In this document: positions 8,400-16,965 of the stretch, piece after piece | How the letters are laid out: each line of letters begins with the position of its first letter | Numbering within the stretch: the stretch's first letter is position 1 | Assembly (NCBI GenBank): GCA_022361155.1 | Contig: JAKSBK010000527.1 | Coordinates: 6,381-70,380 of the forward strand | DNA length: 64,000 bases | Direction: 5' to 3' | From: Pseudomonadota bacterium | Lineage (GTDB): Bacteria > Myxococcota_A > Polyangia > Polyangiales > JAKSBK01 | Position numbers and translations under genes: made by a program | The notes under the pieces: model-generated | Database searches by the model: none | Seen by the model: the letters and a program-made list of their open reading frames with translations, nothing else | Told to the model about the DNA's origin: nothing

Positions 8400-9746
8400 T
8401 CACTCTCGGTACAGCTCCGGTATCGCTGCCCCTAGCTCGCTTGCTGCGTCGATCCGGCAGTGAAGCGAGTCTCTGACCACGAGCTTGCCAGCCACGACGA
8501 CGTGGGTAACGTCGGCAGCCCTCGCTGCGAATACGGTGCTCGCCAACGCGTTGTCCGGCGTGATTCCAGCAAGACGGGTCGACTCCAATGAAATGGTCAC
8601 GAAATCGGCCAGTCCGCCCGCTGCCAACTGGCCACCTTCGGGCCAGCCAAGGCAAGCGTAGCCAGCTCGGGTCGCCGCGGCCAGCAAGGCGGACGGCGTG
8701 TGGTGTCCGCGCGTCAGGCTGGCCAGTCGCTGGTCGAGCTCGACAGCCCTGGCTTCTTCGAACGGATCCACGACCGCATGCGAATCGGTTCCGAGCGCAA
8801 GCCTTGCGCCCGCCGTGGTGAGCGCTGCCGAGGGGCCGACCCCATCGGCCAGATCGCGCTCCGTGGTAGGGCAAAAGCAGCAGGTGGCCCCGGCCGCGCC
8901 CAGCGCCTGGATATCGGCGGCATCCAGGTGGGTGGCGTGGACCGCCGTGAACCGCTCGCCCACCACATCGAGGTCAGCGAGCACGCGTACCGGAGTGCGT
9001 CCGTGCCGGGCTACGCACTGCTGGTTCTCGGCCGGTTGCTCCGAGACGTGCGCATGCAGGGGCGCGTCCCGCTGCCGGCACCAGGCCCGAATCTCCTGGA
9101 TAGCGTGGGGGTCGACGGCACGCAGCGAGTGAATCGCAGCCGCTGTTCGGGCCTCTGGAGCGTTCTTGAGCGCGCTGGCGCGTTCAACCCAGGCAGGCGC
9201 GTCGCGATCGGCGAAGCGTCGCTGCACACCTTCGACGGGCCGGTATCCGGAGGGGTCGAGGCCACCGTGCAGATAGCAGGTGTCCAGCAGCGTCAACCGG
9301 ACCCCAGCCTCTCTCGCCCCGGCCAGCACGGCTTCGCCCATGACATTCGGCTGCGCATACGGGGCCCCGCTCGGCTGATGGTGCAGATAGTGAAACTCGC
9401 CGACCAGTGTGAAGCCCGCGAGCGCCATCTCGGCAAACGTGGCCCTGGCGAGCTTGTGGTAGCTCTCCGGATCCAGCCGAGCCGCAACCCGGTACATCTG
9501 CTTGCGCCAGGTCCAAAACGAGCCCGTTCCCGCGTGGGTGCGGCCGCGCAGCGCACGCTGAAAGACATGGCTGTGGCTGTTGGCGAGCCCCGGCAGCGTC
9601 AGGCCGGGCAGGCGAAGCGCCTGTACAGGCGGCTCAGGTATGCCAGCGCTGACGGCCTCGATGCGTTCGCCCGCCAGCGAAAGCAGCACGCCGGATTCGA
9701 CCTTGTCGGAGCCCAACCACGCCAGCTCACACCAGAAGTCGCTCAC
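8400..9746 (-). CDS. Amidohydrolase-superfamily deiminase, formimidoylglutamate deiminase (HutF)-like
   Basis: LANSHSHVFQRALRGRTH ... FWTWRKQMY, HVSEQ, GTDSH. Start set at GTG 9746, which overlaps the def stop (GTGA). The ORF-track 639-aa version runs through def in another frame. Confidence 0.7.
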   Translation of the reverse strand: MSDFWCELAWLGSDKVESGVLLSLAGERIEAVSAGIPEPPVQALRLPGLTLPGLANSHSHVFQRALRGRTHAGTGSFWTWRKQMYRVAARLDPESYHKLARATFAEMALAGFTLVGEFHYLHHQPSGAPYAQPNVMGEAVLAGAREAGVRLTLLDTCYLHGGLDPSGYRPVEGVQRRFADRDAPAWVERASALKNAPEARTAAAIHSLRAVDPHAIQEIRAWCRQRDAPLHAHVSEQPAENQQCVARHGRTPVRVLADLDVVGERFTAVHATHLDAADIQALGAAGATCCFCPTTERDLADGVGPSAALTTAGARLALGTDSHAVVDPFEEARAVELDQRLASLTRGHHTPSALLAAATRAGYACLGWPEGGQLAAGGLADFVTISLESTRLAGITPDNALASTVFAARAADVTHVVVAGKLVVRDSLHCRIDAASELGAAIPELYRE

Positions 9747-10315
9747 GAACCGATCCGCGAGACGAAGCGTTCGATCCGCGAGACGAATTCCGCGCGCTGA
9801 TGACGCTCGTACTGCTCCCACGTAGCCAGGGTAGTGGGGTCGCGCACGCGGTCGACGAACAGCACGCCGTCCAGGTGATCGCACTCGTGCTGAAAGGTCG
9901 TGGCCGTCAAGCCGCGTTTGATCTCGTCGTGTTGCCGGCCGTGCCGATCCTGGTAGCGCACCCGGATATGGACGTGGCGGGTGAGAAAGCCGCGCAGCGG
10001 AACGGACAGGCAGCCTTCGTTGACCTCCACGACCTCGTCGTCCAAGGGCTCGATCGAAGGGTTCACGATCACCGTAAGGGGAATGGGAGGTTTGTACGGG
10101 TAGCGCGGGTTCTTCGTCACCTCGATCACCGCGATTCGTACAGGAACGTGCACCTGATTGGCTGCGATGCCAGCGCCGCTGGCCGCGTGCATGGTGTCGA
10201 TCATGTCGTCGATCAGGCGCTGGGTCTCGGCTCGGGCCAGCTCCGGCTGGCTGAGCTCGCGAGCCCTCCGGCGCAACACCGGAGCTCCGATCATCGCGAT
10301 GTCTCGCACTGCCAT
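9743..10315 (-). CDS. def: Peptide deformylase
   Basis: Three PDF motifs: GIAANQV, EGCLSVP, HECDHLDG. Confidence 0.9.
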   Translation of the reverse strand: MAVRDIAMIGAPVLRRRARELSQPELARAETQRLIDDMIDTMHAASGAGIAANQVHVPVRIAVIEVTKNPRYPYKPPIPLTVIVNPSIEPLDDEVVEVNEGCLSVPLRGFLTRHVHIRVRYQDRHGRQHDEIKRGLTATTFQHECDHLDGVLFVDRVRDPTTLATWEQYERHQRAEFVSRIERFVSRIGS

Positions 10316-10357
10316 CCACCTAGCGTAGCCCGGACCCCGCCGCTGGCCAGCGAGTGC

Positions 10358-11530
10358 CTAGCGAACCATCGGCAGCTTGCCATCCTCGAGCGTGACCTTG
10401 AGCACCAACCTCGAAGCTGAGTTCGCGCTTTCCCACAGACGCATTTCACGGTCCAGCACTACCGCATCGAAACCCACCGGTGCCGAAGAACGTCTCTCGA
10501 ACGCCCGCTCGGGGCCAAGCACGAAGACCGCGGTCGAGAGCGCGTCCGCGTAGAGACCCGAAGCCGCCACGACCGTGACCGAGCTCGTGTGAGGCACCGG
10601 CAAACCGTCGCGAGGATCGATGATGTGATGCCAGCGCTCGCCGTCGACAACAAATGCGTGTTCGTAATCGCCCGAAGTGGACAGCGAGCCGGCCGACAGC
10701 TCCAAGAAACCAATGTAGTCGGTCGCTCGCGGATGTTGGATCCCCACGCGCCAAGGTCGCTCGTCACGTCTGCCGCGCACCTGTACTTGACCGCCGCCAA
10801 AGAGCATGTAGTTGTCGATGCCCGCTGCCGTCAGGATTCGGCCGGCTCGATCCAACGCATAGCCCTTGGCAATGCCGCCCGTTCCGATCTTCATCCCCCT
10901 TCGTCTCAGAAACACGGTGCCCTTGCCCTTGTCGAGAACGATGTCTCTGTAGTTCACTAGCGGCAAGCGGCCACGTATCTCGGACGCTCGCGGGATACGA
11001 CGTGCGCCGGGCTGAAACAGATACAGCCCGCGCAAGGCGGCCCACGATAGGTCGAATGCGCCTTCGCTCCAGGCTGACACACGCACCCCGGCTTCCACTA
11101 CCGCGAACGTATCGCTGCCTACCTCGACCGGATGGCGGCCGGCAGCGCGATTGATGCGCGAGATCTCACTATCCTCCAACCATTCCGAAAGCAGGGTCTC
11201 GAGACGCGCAATCTCTTGCAGCCCGGCCAGGAGCGCTGGCTGAGCCTTCGCCTCGCTGACATGGGCTGCGCTCAGTGTGAATACGGTTCCCATCAGCTTG
11301 CGACTGCGGCTGACCAGCGGCGTCTTGTCGGTCGCCGCGCGGACCGCCCTCGCGGCCCGCTTCGTTTCCGGGCCGCCAGCAGACTCCTTGGAGCCTGCCT
11401 CCGTGCACGCGAACACAAGCAGCAGTGCTGCGGCTGCTGCAACCGTCGGGAGGTTCACGAGTCTGTCCAGACCTTTCAGCGCGAGATCAAAGGCTCGACT
11501 ATAGTCTTCCGGAGCCGCGGAGCCACGCAA
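10358..11530 (-). CDS. apbE: FAD:protein FMN transferase (ApbE family lipoprotein). Start uncertain: TTG 11530 or GTG 11458.
   Basis: GGIAKGYALDRA motif, MGTVFTL, lipobox LLVFAC. Confidence 0.8.
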   Translation of the reverse strand: MRGSAAPEDYSRAFDLALKGLDRLVNLPTVAAAAALLLVFACTEAGSKESAGGPETKRAARAVRAATDKTPLVSRSRKLMGTVFTLSAAHVSEAKAQPALLAGLQEIARLETLLSEWLEDSEISRINRAAGRHPVEVGSDTFAVVEAGVRVSAWSEGAFDLSWAALRGLYLFQPGARRIPRASEIRGRLPLVNYRDIVLDKGKGTVFLRRRGMKIGTGGIAKGYALDRAGRILTAAGIDNYMLFGGGQVQVRGRRDERPWRVGIQHPRATDYIGFLELSAGSLSTSGDYEHAFVVDGERWHHIIDPRDGLPVPHTSSVTVVAASGLYADALSTAVFVLGPERAFERRSSAPVGFDAVVLDREMRLWESANSASRLVLKVTLEDGKLPMVR

Positions 11531-11538
11531 GACGGCCC

Positions 11539-11700
11539 TTAGGGCCCGCGAAAGAACAACTTACGCGGTTGGGTGAGGACCGGGCGCCGCTGGCAAGGCG
11601 CAACGACCAGGCATATTGGGAATATTTCGAGGAGGAGCAACACAGCCAGCGGTGGTCGGGAGCCGGCGAAACGCATGAGTTGTTCTTTCGCGGGCCCTTA
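11539..11700. mobile_element. Intact MITE-like element, copy A. 156 bp (11542-11697) with 20-bp perfect terminal inverted repeats, flanked by TTA direct repeats.
   Basis: Left gggcccgcgaaagaacaact (11542-), right agttgttctttcgcgggccc (-11697). TTA at 11539-11541 and 11698-11700. About 85-90 percent identical by eye over most of its length to the reverse complement of copy B at 44388-44542. Confidence 0.65.
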
Positions 11701-11747
11701 GCCTTTGGACTGGACCGCGCGGGATCTGCAGGCTACCCACAGAGCCC

Positions 11748-12551
11748 ATGCGCGCCGGCCCGCCTCGTCATCCTCATCGGTCACCGTCGTGCGCCGGCGC
11801 AGGCGCGGCGCTGGTACTTGTGGCGTGGATCGCGCTTGCCCGGAGTGCGGGCGCCGCAGAGTGGGGCCAGCGTTTCGATTTCAGGCAGCTACAATACACG
11901 ATCCGCGGGTCCGTGCCCCCTTCAACGGCCGCAAAACGTATCGCCTGGGAGCTTCGCAAGCGCACCAGCATCGAAGTGCTCCTGGAACCCACCAGGGTCC
12001 GGCTCCGCGACGCGGAGCTCTTCAACAGCCCGTTCCTGTACTGGAGAGGCGGGGAGGCCTTCCCTCCTCTCGATCAAGCCGAGGTCGGCGCCTTGCGTCG
12101 TTTCGTAGACTTCGGGGGGTTCGTGCTGATAGACGACTCCTCGCGCCCAGCTGGCAAGGCGGACGGAGGATTCGACGCTTCCATACGCCGGGATCTAGCG
12201 CGTGCCTTCGGCCCTGCACAGCTGCAGCGCCTGCCCTCCACGCACACTGTCTATCGATCGTTCTATCTACTGCGCCGCCCGGTGGGCCGCATCGAGGGGC
12301 CGGCTTACCTGGAAGCCATCCAACGTGCGGGCCGCGCCGCCGTGATCTACAGCCGCCACGACCTGGGTGGCGCTTGGGAGCGCGACAACCTGGGCAACTG
12401 GACCTATGCGGTCGTGCCCGCAGGAGAGGATCAGCGCGAGCAGGCGCTTAGGTTGGGGGTCAACCTCGTGATGTACGCCCTGTGCCTCGACTACAAAGAC
12501 GATCGGGTTCACGCACCCTTCATCATGCGCCGCTACGGAACCGTGCGGTAG
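11748..12551 (+). CDS. DUF4159-like secreted protein
   Basis: Signal peptide (AALVLVAWIALARSAGA). FLYWRGGEAFPPLDQAEVGALRRFVDFGGFVLIDD and AVIYSRHDLGGAWE blocks are as I recall for DUF4159 proteins that accompany Bat/VWA membrane proteins. Confidence 0.65.
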   Translation: MRAGPPRHPHRSPSCAGAGAALVLVAWIALARSAGAAEWGQRFDFRQLQYTIRGSVPPSTAAKRIAWELRKRTSIEVLLEPTRVRLRDAELFNSPFLYWRGGEAFPPLDQAEVGALRRFVDFGGFVLIDDSSRPAGKADGGFDASIRRDLARAFGPAQLQRLPSTHTVYRSFYLLRRPVGRIEGPAYLEAIQRAGRAAVIYSRHDLGGAWERDNLGNWTYAVVPAGEDQREQALRLGVNLVMYALCLDYKDDRVHAPFIMRRYGTVR

Positions 12552-12589
12552 GACCGCTCGTGAAGCTCGGCGCCTCGCGGTGACACTGC

Positions 12590-14821
12590 ATGGCTGAAAC
12601 ATCCAACTGGAGCCTGCAGTTCGGGATACCGGGGGGTCTGCCGGCCGGCCTTGCGATGGCCGTCGTGATAGGGGCGGTGGTAGTGCTGGGTTGGATCGAG
12701 CTGACCCAGGTCGTGCCCAGCGCTCGCCGCCGGCTGCTGCGCGGGATGCGCGTGCTCAGCGGCTCGGTGGCGCTGTTGCTGGCGCTGCAACCCAGGCTTG
12801 TCGAAGAACGAGTTCATCGTCGCGCTGGCTCGCTGGCCGTGCTCGCGGACACGTCCCGGAGCATGATGCTGCGGCATGGTGATCGAACTCGCGCAGAGGC
12901 CGCCCGTGCGCTGCTGCAGCGTTGGCTCGACGCCGGCATCGCCCGTGAAGTGCGTGTGTTTCAGATGGGCGACAAGGCCGAGGAGGTGCGTCATGCGGAG
13001 CTCGCCAAGAGCTATCCCACGACGCGGGACGACACCCGAATCGCCGCGGCCGTCGAAGCGGTGTTGCGCGCCGATCCGAACAACGGCCTGGGTGCCATCG
13101 TGCTTGTCTCGGACGGTCGCAATCTCGAGAAGCAACCGGCCGTGGAGCGGCTGAGGGACCTTGGCCTGCGCGTGCACACGGTCGCGCTCGGCGCCTCCAC
13201 CGAGCTGCGCGACGACGCAATTACCCAGGTGCTGGCGGACCGAGTTGCCTTTTTGAGGCAGCCGGCCCGAGTCGACGTGAACGTGCGCTCGGTTGGAGGC
13301 AAGCAGCGGCAGCTATCGCTTCAGCTGCGCCGCAACGGCGAGTTGATCCGGACGGCAGCCATCGATCTGTCGCCCGGCGGCGAGGGTCACACCCAGCTGG
13401 TGTTCGCGCCAAGCACGCTGCGGCGTGCCGTGTACGAGTTGAGCATACCGGTTGCCTCCGACGATGCCGTTCCGCAAAACAACAAGCGGGCGTTTCTATT
13501 GCATGTGAAACGCAACCGACTGCGCGCCCTGCTGATTTGCGGCGCGCCAAGCTGGGATGCGCGCTTCATGCGAGCCTTCCTCAAGGCGGATCCTTCGAAC
13601 GATCTCATTACGTTCTTCATTCTGCGCACGGCCAACGACCTGATCATGGCCGCTCCAGGCGAGCTGTCGTTGATCCGCTTCCCGGCGGATGAGCTGTTCA
13701 GCCAACACCTTGCGAGCTTCGATGTAGTGCTCTTCGCGGACTTCGAATACGGACCATACCGGATGGCGCGCTATCTGATGCCTCTCAGGGACTACGTGCT
13801 GGCCGGAGGCGCGCTGGCCATGCTGGGAGGCCGGCGCAGCTTCGTGGAAGGTGGCTACCGAGATACACCGCTCGCCGAAGTGCTGCCTGTGCGACTGGAT
13901 ACTGCCAACACGGCGCCCCTCATCGCACCCTTCCGCCCGCGCCCCGCGCAGGGAGCGGAGAACCATCCCCTGGTGGCCCTGGCGTCCGATCGCGTCATGA
14001 GTCAACGCCTGTGGGCCGGCTTGGCGCCGCTCCAAGGCGCGAATCGCGTGGGCGACGTGGCCGACGGCGCTCTGGCGCTGCTGGTGCATCCCCGGGAGCG
14101 CACGCGCAGCGGCCGGGCCTTTCCAGTCCTCTCCGTGCGCAAGGTCGGATCGGGTCGGACCCTGGCGCTCGCAACCGACACCTCGTGGCGCTGGGGCTTC
14201 GCAACGGCAGGCCACCAGGGTGATGCATCGGCCTATGGCCGTTTCTGGGATCGCGCGCTGCGCTGGCTGGTTGCCGACCCTGCCCTAGAACCGTCGCGCC
14301 TGCGGACACACCGAGACAGCTACGTGCCCTCGGCTAGGCTGCGCGTTGACCTCACGCTGCGCGACGAGCTTCACCGGCCCGAAGCCGCCGAGGTCGTGGT
14401 CGAGCTGCTGCGTCCAGGTTCCGCACCGCTTGCCCGCCACCGGTTGCAGACCGACGGGCAGGGCAAGGGACGACTGGAGATCGACGCACCGGCAACCCCC
14501 GGGGGCTACCGATTGCGCGTCCCCTCCGCGCACGCCGATCGAGCGCGCGCCGACGTCGATTTTGTGGTCGAGAGCGGGGGTAGGGAGCTCGCCGATCCAC
14601 GTGCCGATCCCCGCCTGCTGCGGGACATCGCGCGGGCAACGGGCGGTGCTTCCTATGCCGATCCAGATGCTGCTCCCAATCTCGATGGATTCGAGGCGAC
14701 CCGCACACGTGCGCTCAGAACGCTGGCCTGGGCCCCGTTCGGGAGCCTGTGGTTCTTCGCGATTTGTGTCGTGGTGTTTTGCGGAGAGTGGGCTATGCGC
14801 CGCCGTTTCGGACGCCCCTAG
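12590..14821 (+). CDS. Membrane protein with an N-terminal double-TM anchor, a VWA-like domain and a class-I glutamine-amidotransferase-like (ThuA/DUF1355-like) domain, plus a C-terminal TM
   Basis: Two N-terminal TMs, LAVLADTSRSM (VWA MIDAS-like DxSxS), LRALLICGAPSWDARF...DVVLFADFEY...AGGALAMLGG, C-terminal WFFAICVVVFCGEW. Confidence 0.65.
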   Translation: MAETSNWSLQFGIPGGLPAGLAMAVVIGAVVVLGWIELTQVVPSARRRLLRGMRVLSGSVALLLALQPRLVEERVHRRAGSLAVLADTSRSMMLRHGDRTRAEAARALLQRWLDAGIAREVRVFQMGDKAEEVRHAELAKSYPTTRDDTRIAAAVEAVLRADPNNGLGAIVLVSDGRNLEKQPAVERLRDLGLRVHTVALGASTELRDDAITQVLADRVAFLRQPARVDVNVRSVGGKQRQLSLQLRRNGELIRTAAIDLSPGGEGHTQLVFAPSTLRRAVYELSIPVASDDAVPQNNKRAFLLHVKRNRLRALLICGAPSWDARFMRAFLKADPSNDLITFFILRTANDLIMAAPGELSLIRFPADELFSQHLASFDVVLFADFEYGPYRMARYLMPLRDYVLAGGALAMLGGRRSFVEGGYRDTPLAEVLPVRLDTANTAPLIAPFRPRPAQGAENHPLVALASDRVMSQRLWAGLAPLQGANRVGDVADGALALLVHPRERTRSGRAFPVLSVRKVGSGRTLALATDTSWRWGFATAGHQGDASAYGRFWDRALRWLVADPALEPSRLRTHRDSYVPSARLRVDLTLRDELHRPEAAEVVVELLRPGSAPLARHRLQTDGQGKGRLEIDAPATPGGYRLRVPSAHADRARADVDFVVESGGRELADPRADPRLLRDIARATGGASYADPDAAPNLDGFEATRTRALRTLAWAPFGSLWFFAICVVVFCGEWAMRRRFGRP

Positions 14822-14986
14822 TTCCTGTCCAGCATGGCGCCAGAGCGGCTTTCGTCCTCGTCCCTGCCCTGCGAAATAGCGCTGCTATTCCTCGGTCCGG
14901 GCCTCCGGGCGCGCTCGCTCCGGCATCCATCCTGGACAGGAACGGCTAATCCAGCATGGCGCCAGAGCGGCTTTCGTCCTCGTCCC
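14821..14986. repeat. 37-bp perfect direct repeat (14828-14864 and 14950-14986) interlocked with a 17-bp inverted repeat (14821-14837 / 14927-14943, 1 mismatch)
   Basis: tccagcatggcgccagagcggctttcgtcctcgtccc occurs twice. gttcctgtccagcatgg pairs with ccatcctggacaggaac. Located between the VWA-gene stop (14819-14821) and the sulfatase start. Confidence 0.9.
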
Positions 14987-15041
14987 GGCGTGCGGTGCCG
15001 TCTTTCGGCCCCAAGCGGCTGCGATGCTACGATCGCCTGTC

Positions 15042-16781
15042 ATGAAGAAGCTCGCGCTCTTGTTCTTGTTGGCCTCGTGCTCGGGAACGACCGCAAACGC
15101 TCCGGCGGCGAAGGGCGATCCGCCCCCGTCCATCGTCTTGATCGTGACTGACGATCAGGGATACGGCGACCTTGGAGCTACGGGCAATCGGGTGATCGAC
15201 ACGCCCCACATGGACGCTCTGGCCCGGGACGGTGCGGGGATAGAGACTTTCTACGTGAGCCCGGTTTGTGCGCCGACCCGCGCCTCGCTCATGACCGGAC
15301 GCTACAACTATCGCACGCGGGTCGTCGACACCTGGGTTGGCCGGGCGATGATGGAGCCGGACGAAACCACTGTGGCCGAAGTGCTGCGCGACGCCGGCTT
15401 CGCCACCGGCATCTTCGGAAAGTGGCATCTCGGCGACAGCCATCCCATGAGGCCGATGGATCAGGGCTTTGAGGAGTCACTGGTTCATCTCGGAGGCGGA
15501 CTCGCGCAGCCGTCGGAACCTCCTGAGAACGGTCGGCGGTACACGAATCCCATCTTGTTTCAAAACGGAGCGCCGGTTCACACGCACGGGTATTGCACCG
15601 ACGTCTACTTCGACGCGGCATTGAAATGGATCAGCGAGGTCCACAAGGCCGGGCGTCCGTTCTTCGTCTACTTGCCCACCAACGCTCCCCACGGCCCGTT
15701 TCACGACGTGCCCCAAGCGCTGTATGAGAAGTACCTGGGTAGGGACCTTGGACCGGTGCTGCTGGGCGGCGCTGGAGATCGCGACCGGGTCGCCCGGGTG
15801 TTCGCTATGATCGAGAACATCGATCAAAATGTCGGGCGTTTGATCGACAAGCTCGACACGCTGGGCATCGGCGACGACACCCTTGTCGTTTTCATGGTGG
15901 ACAACGGCCCCAACTCGGTCCGCTACGTGGGAAACATGCGCGGGAAAAAGGGAGAGGTGTACGAGGGTGGAATCCGTTCGCCCTTTTTCTTGCGCTGGCC
16001 CGCGCGCCTGAAAGCCGGGAGGAAGAGCGATCGGATTGCGGCTCATGTCGATGTGATGCCCACACTCTTGGAGGCCGCGGGCGTCGCGCTCCCTAAGGGC
16101 CTGAAGCTCGACGGGCGTAGCCTCCTGCCCCTTGTGGAGGGGAAGAAGGTGGCCTGGCCCGACCGAACGATCTTCATCCAAGCACACCGGGGGGACCGTC
16201 CGTTGCCCTACCACCACTTCGCGGCCCGGAGTCAGCGCTGGAAACTGATCCGGCCGACTGGCTTCAGCAACGAGCGCCCCTCGAAGGACGCACCGTTCGA
16301 GCTTTACGACATGGCGAACGATCCCCGGGAGGAACACGACCTTGCGGCTCAGCGTCCGGAAGTCACGGCCGCGCTCAGGGAGCGGTACGATGCCTGGTTT
16401 AGGGACGTGTCGAGCACGCGACCTCACAACTACGAGCCTCCCCGCATCGTCATTGGCACGGACCACGAAACCACCACGCTCCTGACCAAGCAGAACTGGA
16501 GAAGGAGCGAGGGTCCGGGCTGGGGCGTGCGCGGACGTTGGCTTGTGCATGTCGCGCGCGCGGCCCGCTTCGACGCGACAGTTCGACTCAAGGAGGCGCT
16601 CAGAGGCCGGGCGGAGTTACGGATCGGTTCGGCGAGGGCGGCGGTGGAGGCGACAGGTCTCGAACAATCTCTCACCTTTCGCAATCTCCGGGTGCCTGCA
16701 GGGGACGCGGAAGTTGAGTTCACGCTCACGCACCAAGGCAAAACCTCAGGCCCACATCAAGTCGTCTTGACCCGGCAATGA
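15042..16781 (+). CDS. Sulfatase (arylsulfatase A family) lipoprotein
   Basis: Lipobox LLASCSG; VTDDQGYGDLG; formylglycine motif CAPTRASLMTGRY; GKWHLG. Confidence 0.9.
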   Translation: MKKLALLFLLASCSGTTANAPAAKGDPPPSIVLIVTDDQGYGDLGATGNRVIDTPHMDALARDGAGIETFYVSPVCAPTRASLMTGRYNYRTRVVDTWVGRAMMEPDETTVAEVLRDAGFATGIFGKWHLGDSHPMRPMDQGFEESLVHLGGGLAQPSEPPENGRRYTNPILFQNGAPVHTHGYCTDVYFDAALKWISEVHKAGRPFFVYLPTNAPHGPFHDVPQALYEKYLGRDLGPVLLGGAGDRDRVARVFAMIENIDQNVGRLIDKLDTLGIGDDTLVVFMVDNGPNSVRYVGNMRGKKGEVYEGGIRSPFFLRWPARLKAGRKSDRIAAHVDVMPTLLEAAGVALPKGLKLDGRSLLPLVEGKKVAWPDRTIFIQAHRGDRPLPYHHFAARSQRWKLIRPTGFSNERPSKDAPFELYDMANDPREEHDLAAQRPEVTAALRERYDAWFRDVSSTRPHNYEPPRIVIGTDHETTTLLTKQNWRRSEGPGWGVRGRWLVHVARAARFDATVRLKEALRGRAELRIGSARAAVEATGLEQSLTFRNLRVPAGDAEVEFTLTHQGKTSGPHQVVLTRQ

Positions 16782-16965
16782 TTGCCGGCCTGCTGACCAT
16801 CACACTCCGGCGCCTCCGACAATCCGGCACTGCGGCTGCGAGAACAGGATCGATGCGACAAGCGGCGTCTCTTGGTCGCCGACGCTAGGGTTCGGTCGCT
16901 CCTCAGGCGAACCGCATGCTCCCTCGGTCATTGAAAACCTCCCCTACTTCTGCACCGGCATGGTG

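Noticed and set aside
8400-10319. ORF-track 639-aa ORF that appears to fuse an extra N-terminal domain to the HutF-like amidohydrolase.
   Set aside because: The upstream 191 codons overlap def (9743..10315) in another frame and have no homology. GTG 9746, which overlaps the def stop, gives a normal 448-aa enzyme.
11560-11700. Possible small protein encoded by the repeat family. The peptide (E)YW(E/G)YFE(E/Q)EQHSQRW appears in three ORF-track translations (11425..12108, 22553..22756, 42537..44432), and several inter-copy differences fall on third codon positions.
   Set aside because: There is no conserved start codon. A 1-nt indel between copies A and B breaks the frame downstream of the core. 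The relic copy overlaps the carA and pyrC coding ends. The third-position excess (6 of 11 differences) is not significant. Treated as non-coding DNA/RNA.
16782-16965. Convergent intergenic regions scanned for tRNA, tmRNA or other RNA genes (also 31303-31419, 45243-45506, 48167-48238).
   Set aside because: No cloverleaf-compatible T-loop/D-loop motifs (for example GGTTCGAATCC-type) or other recognisable RNA signatures were found.
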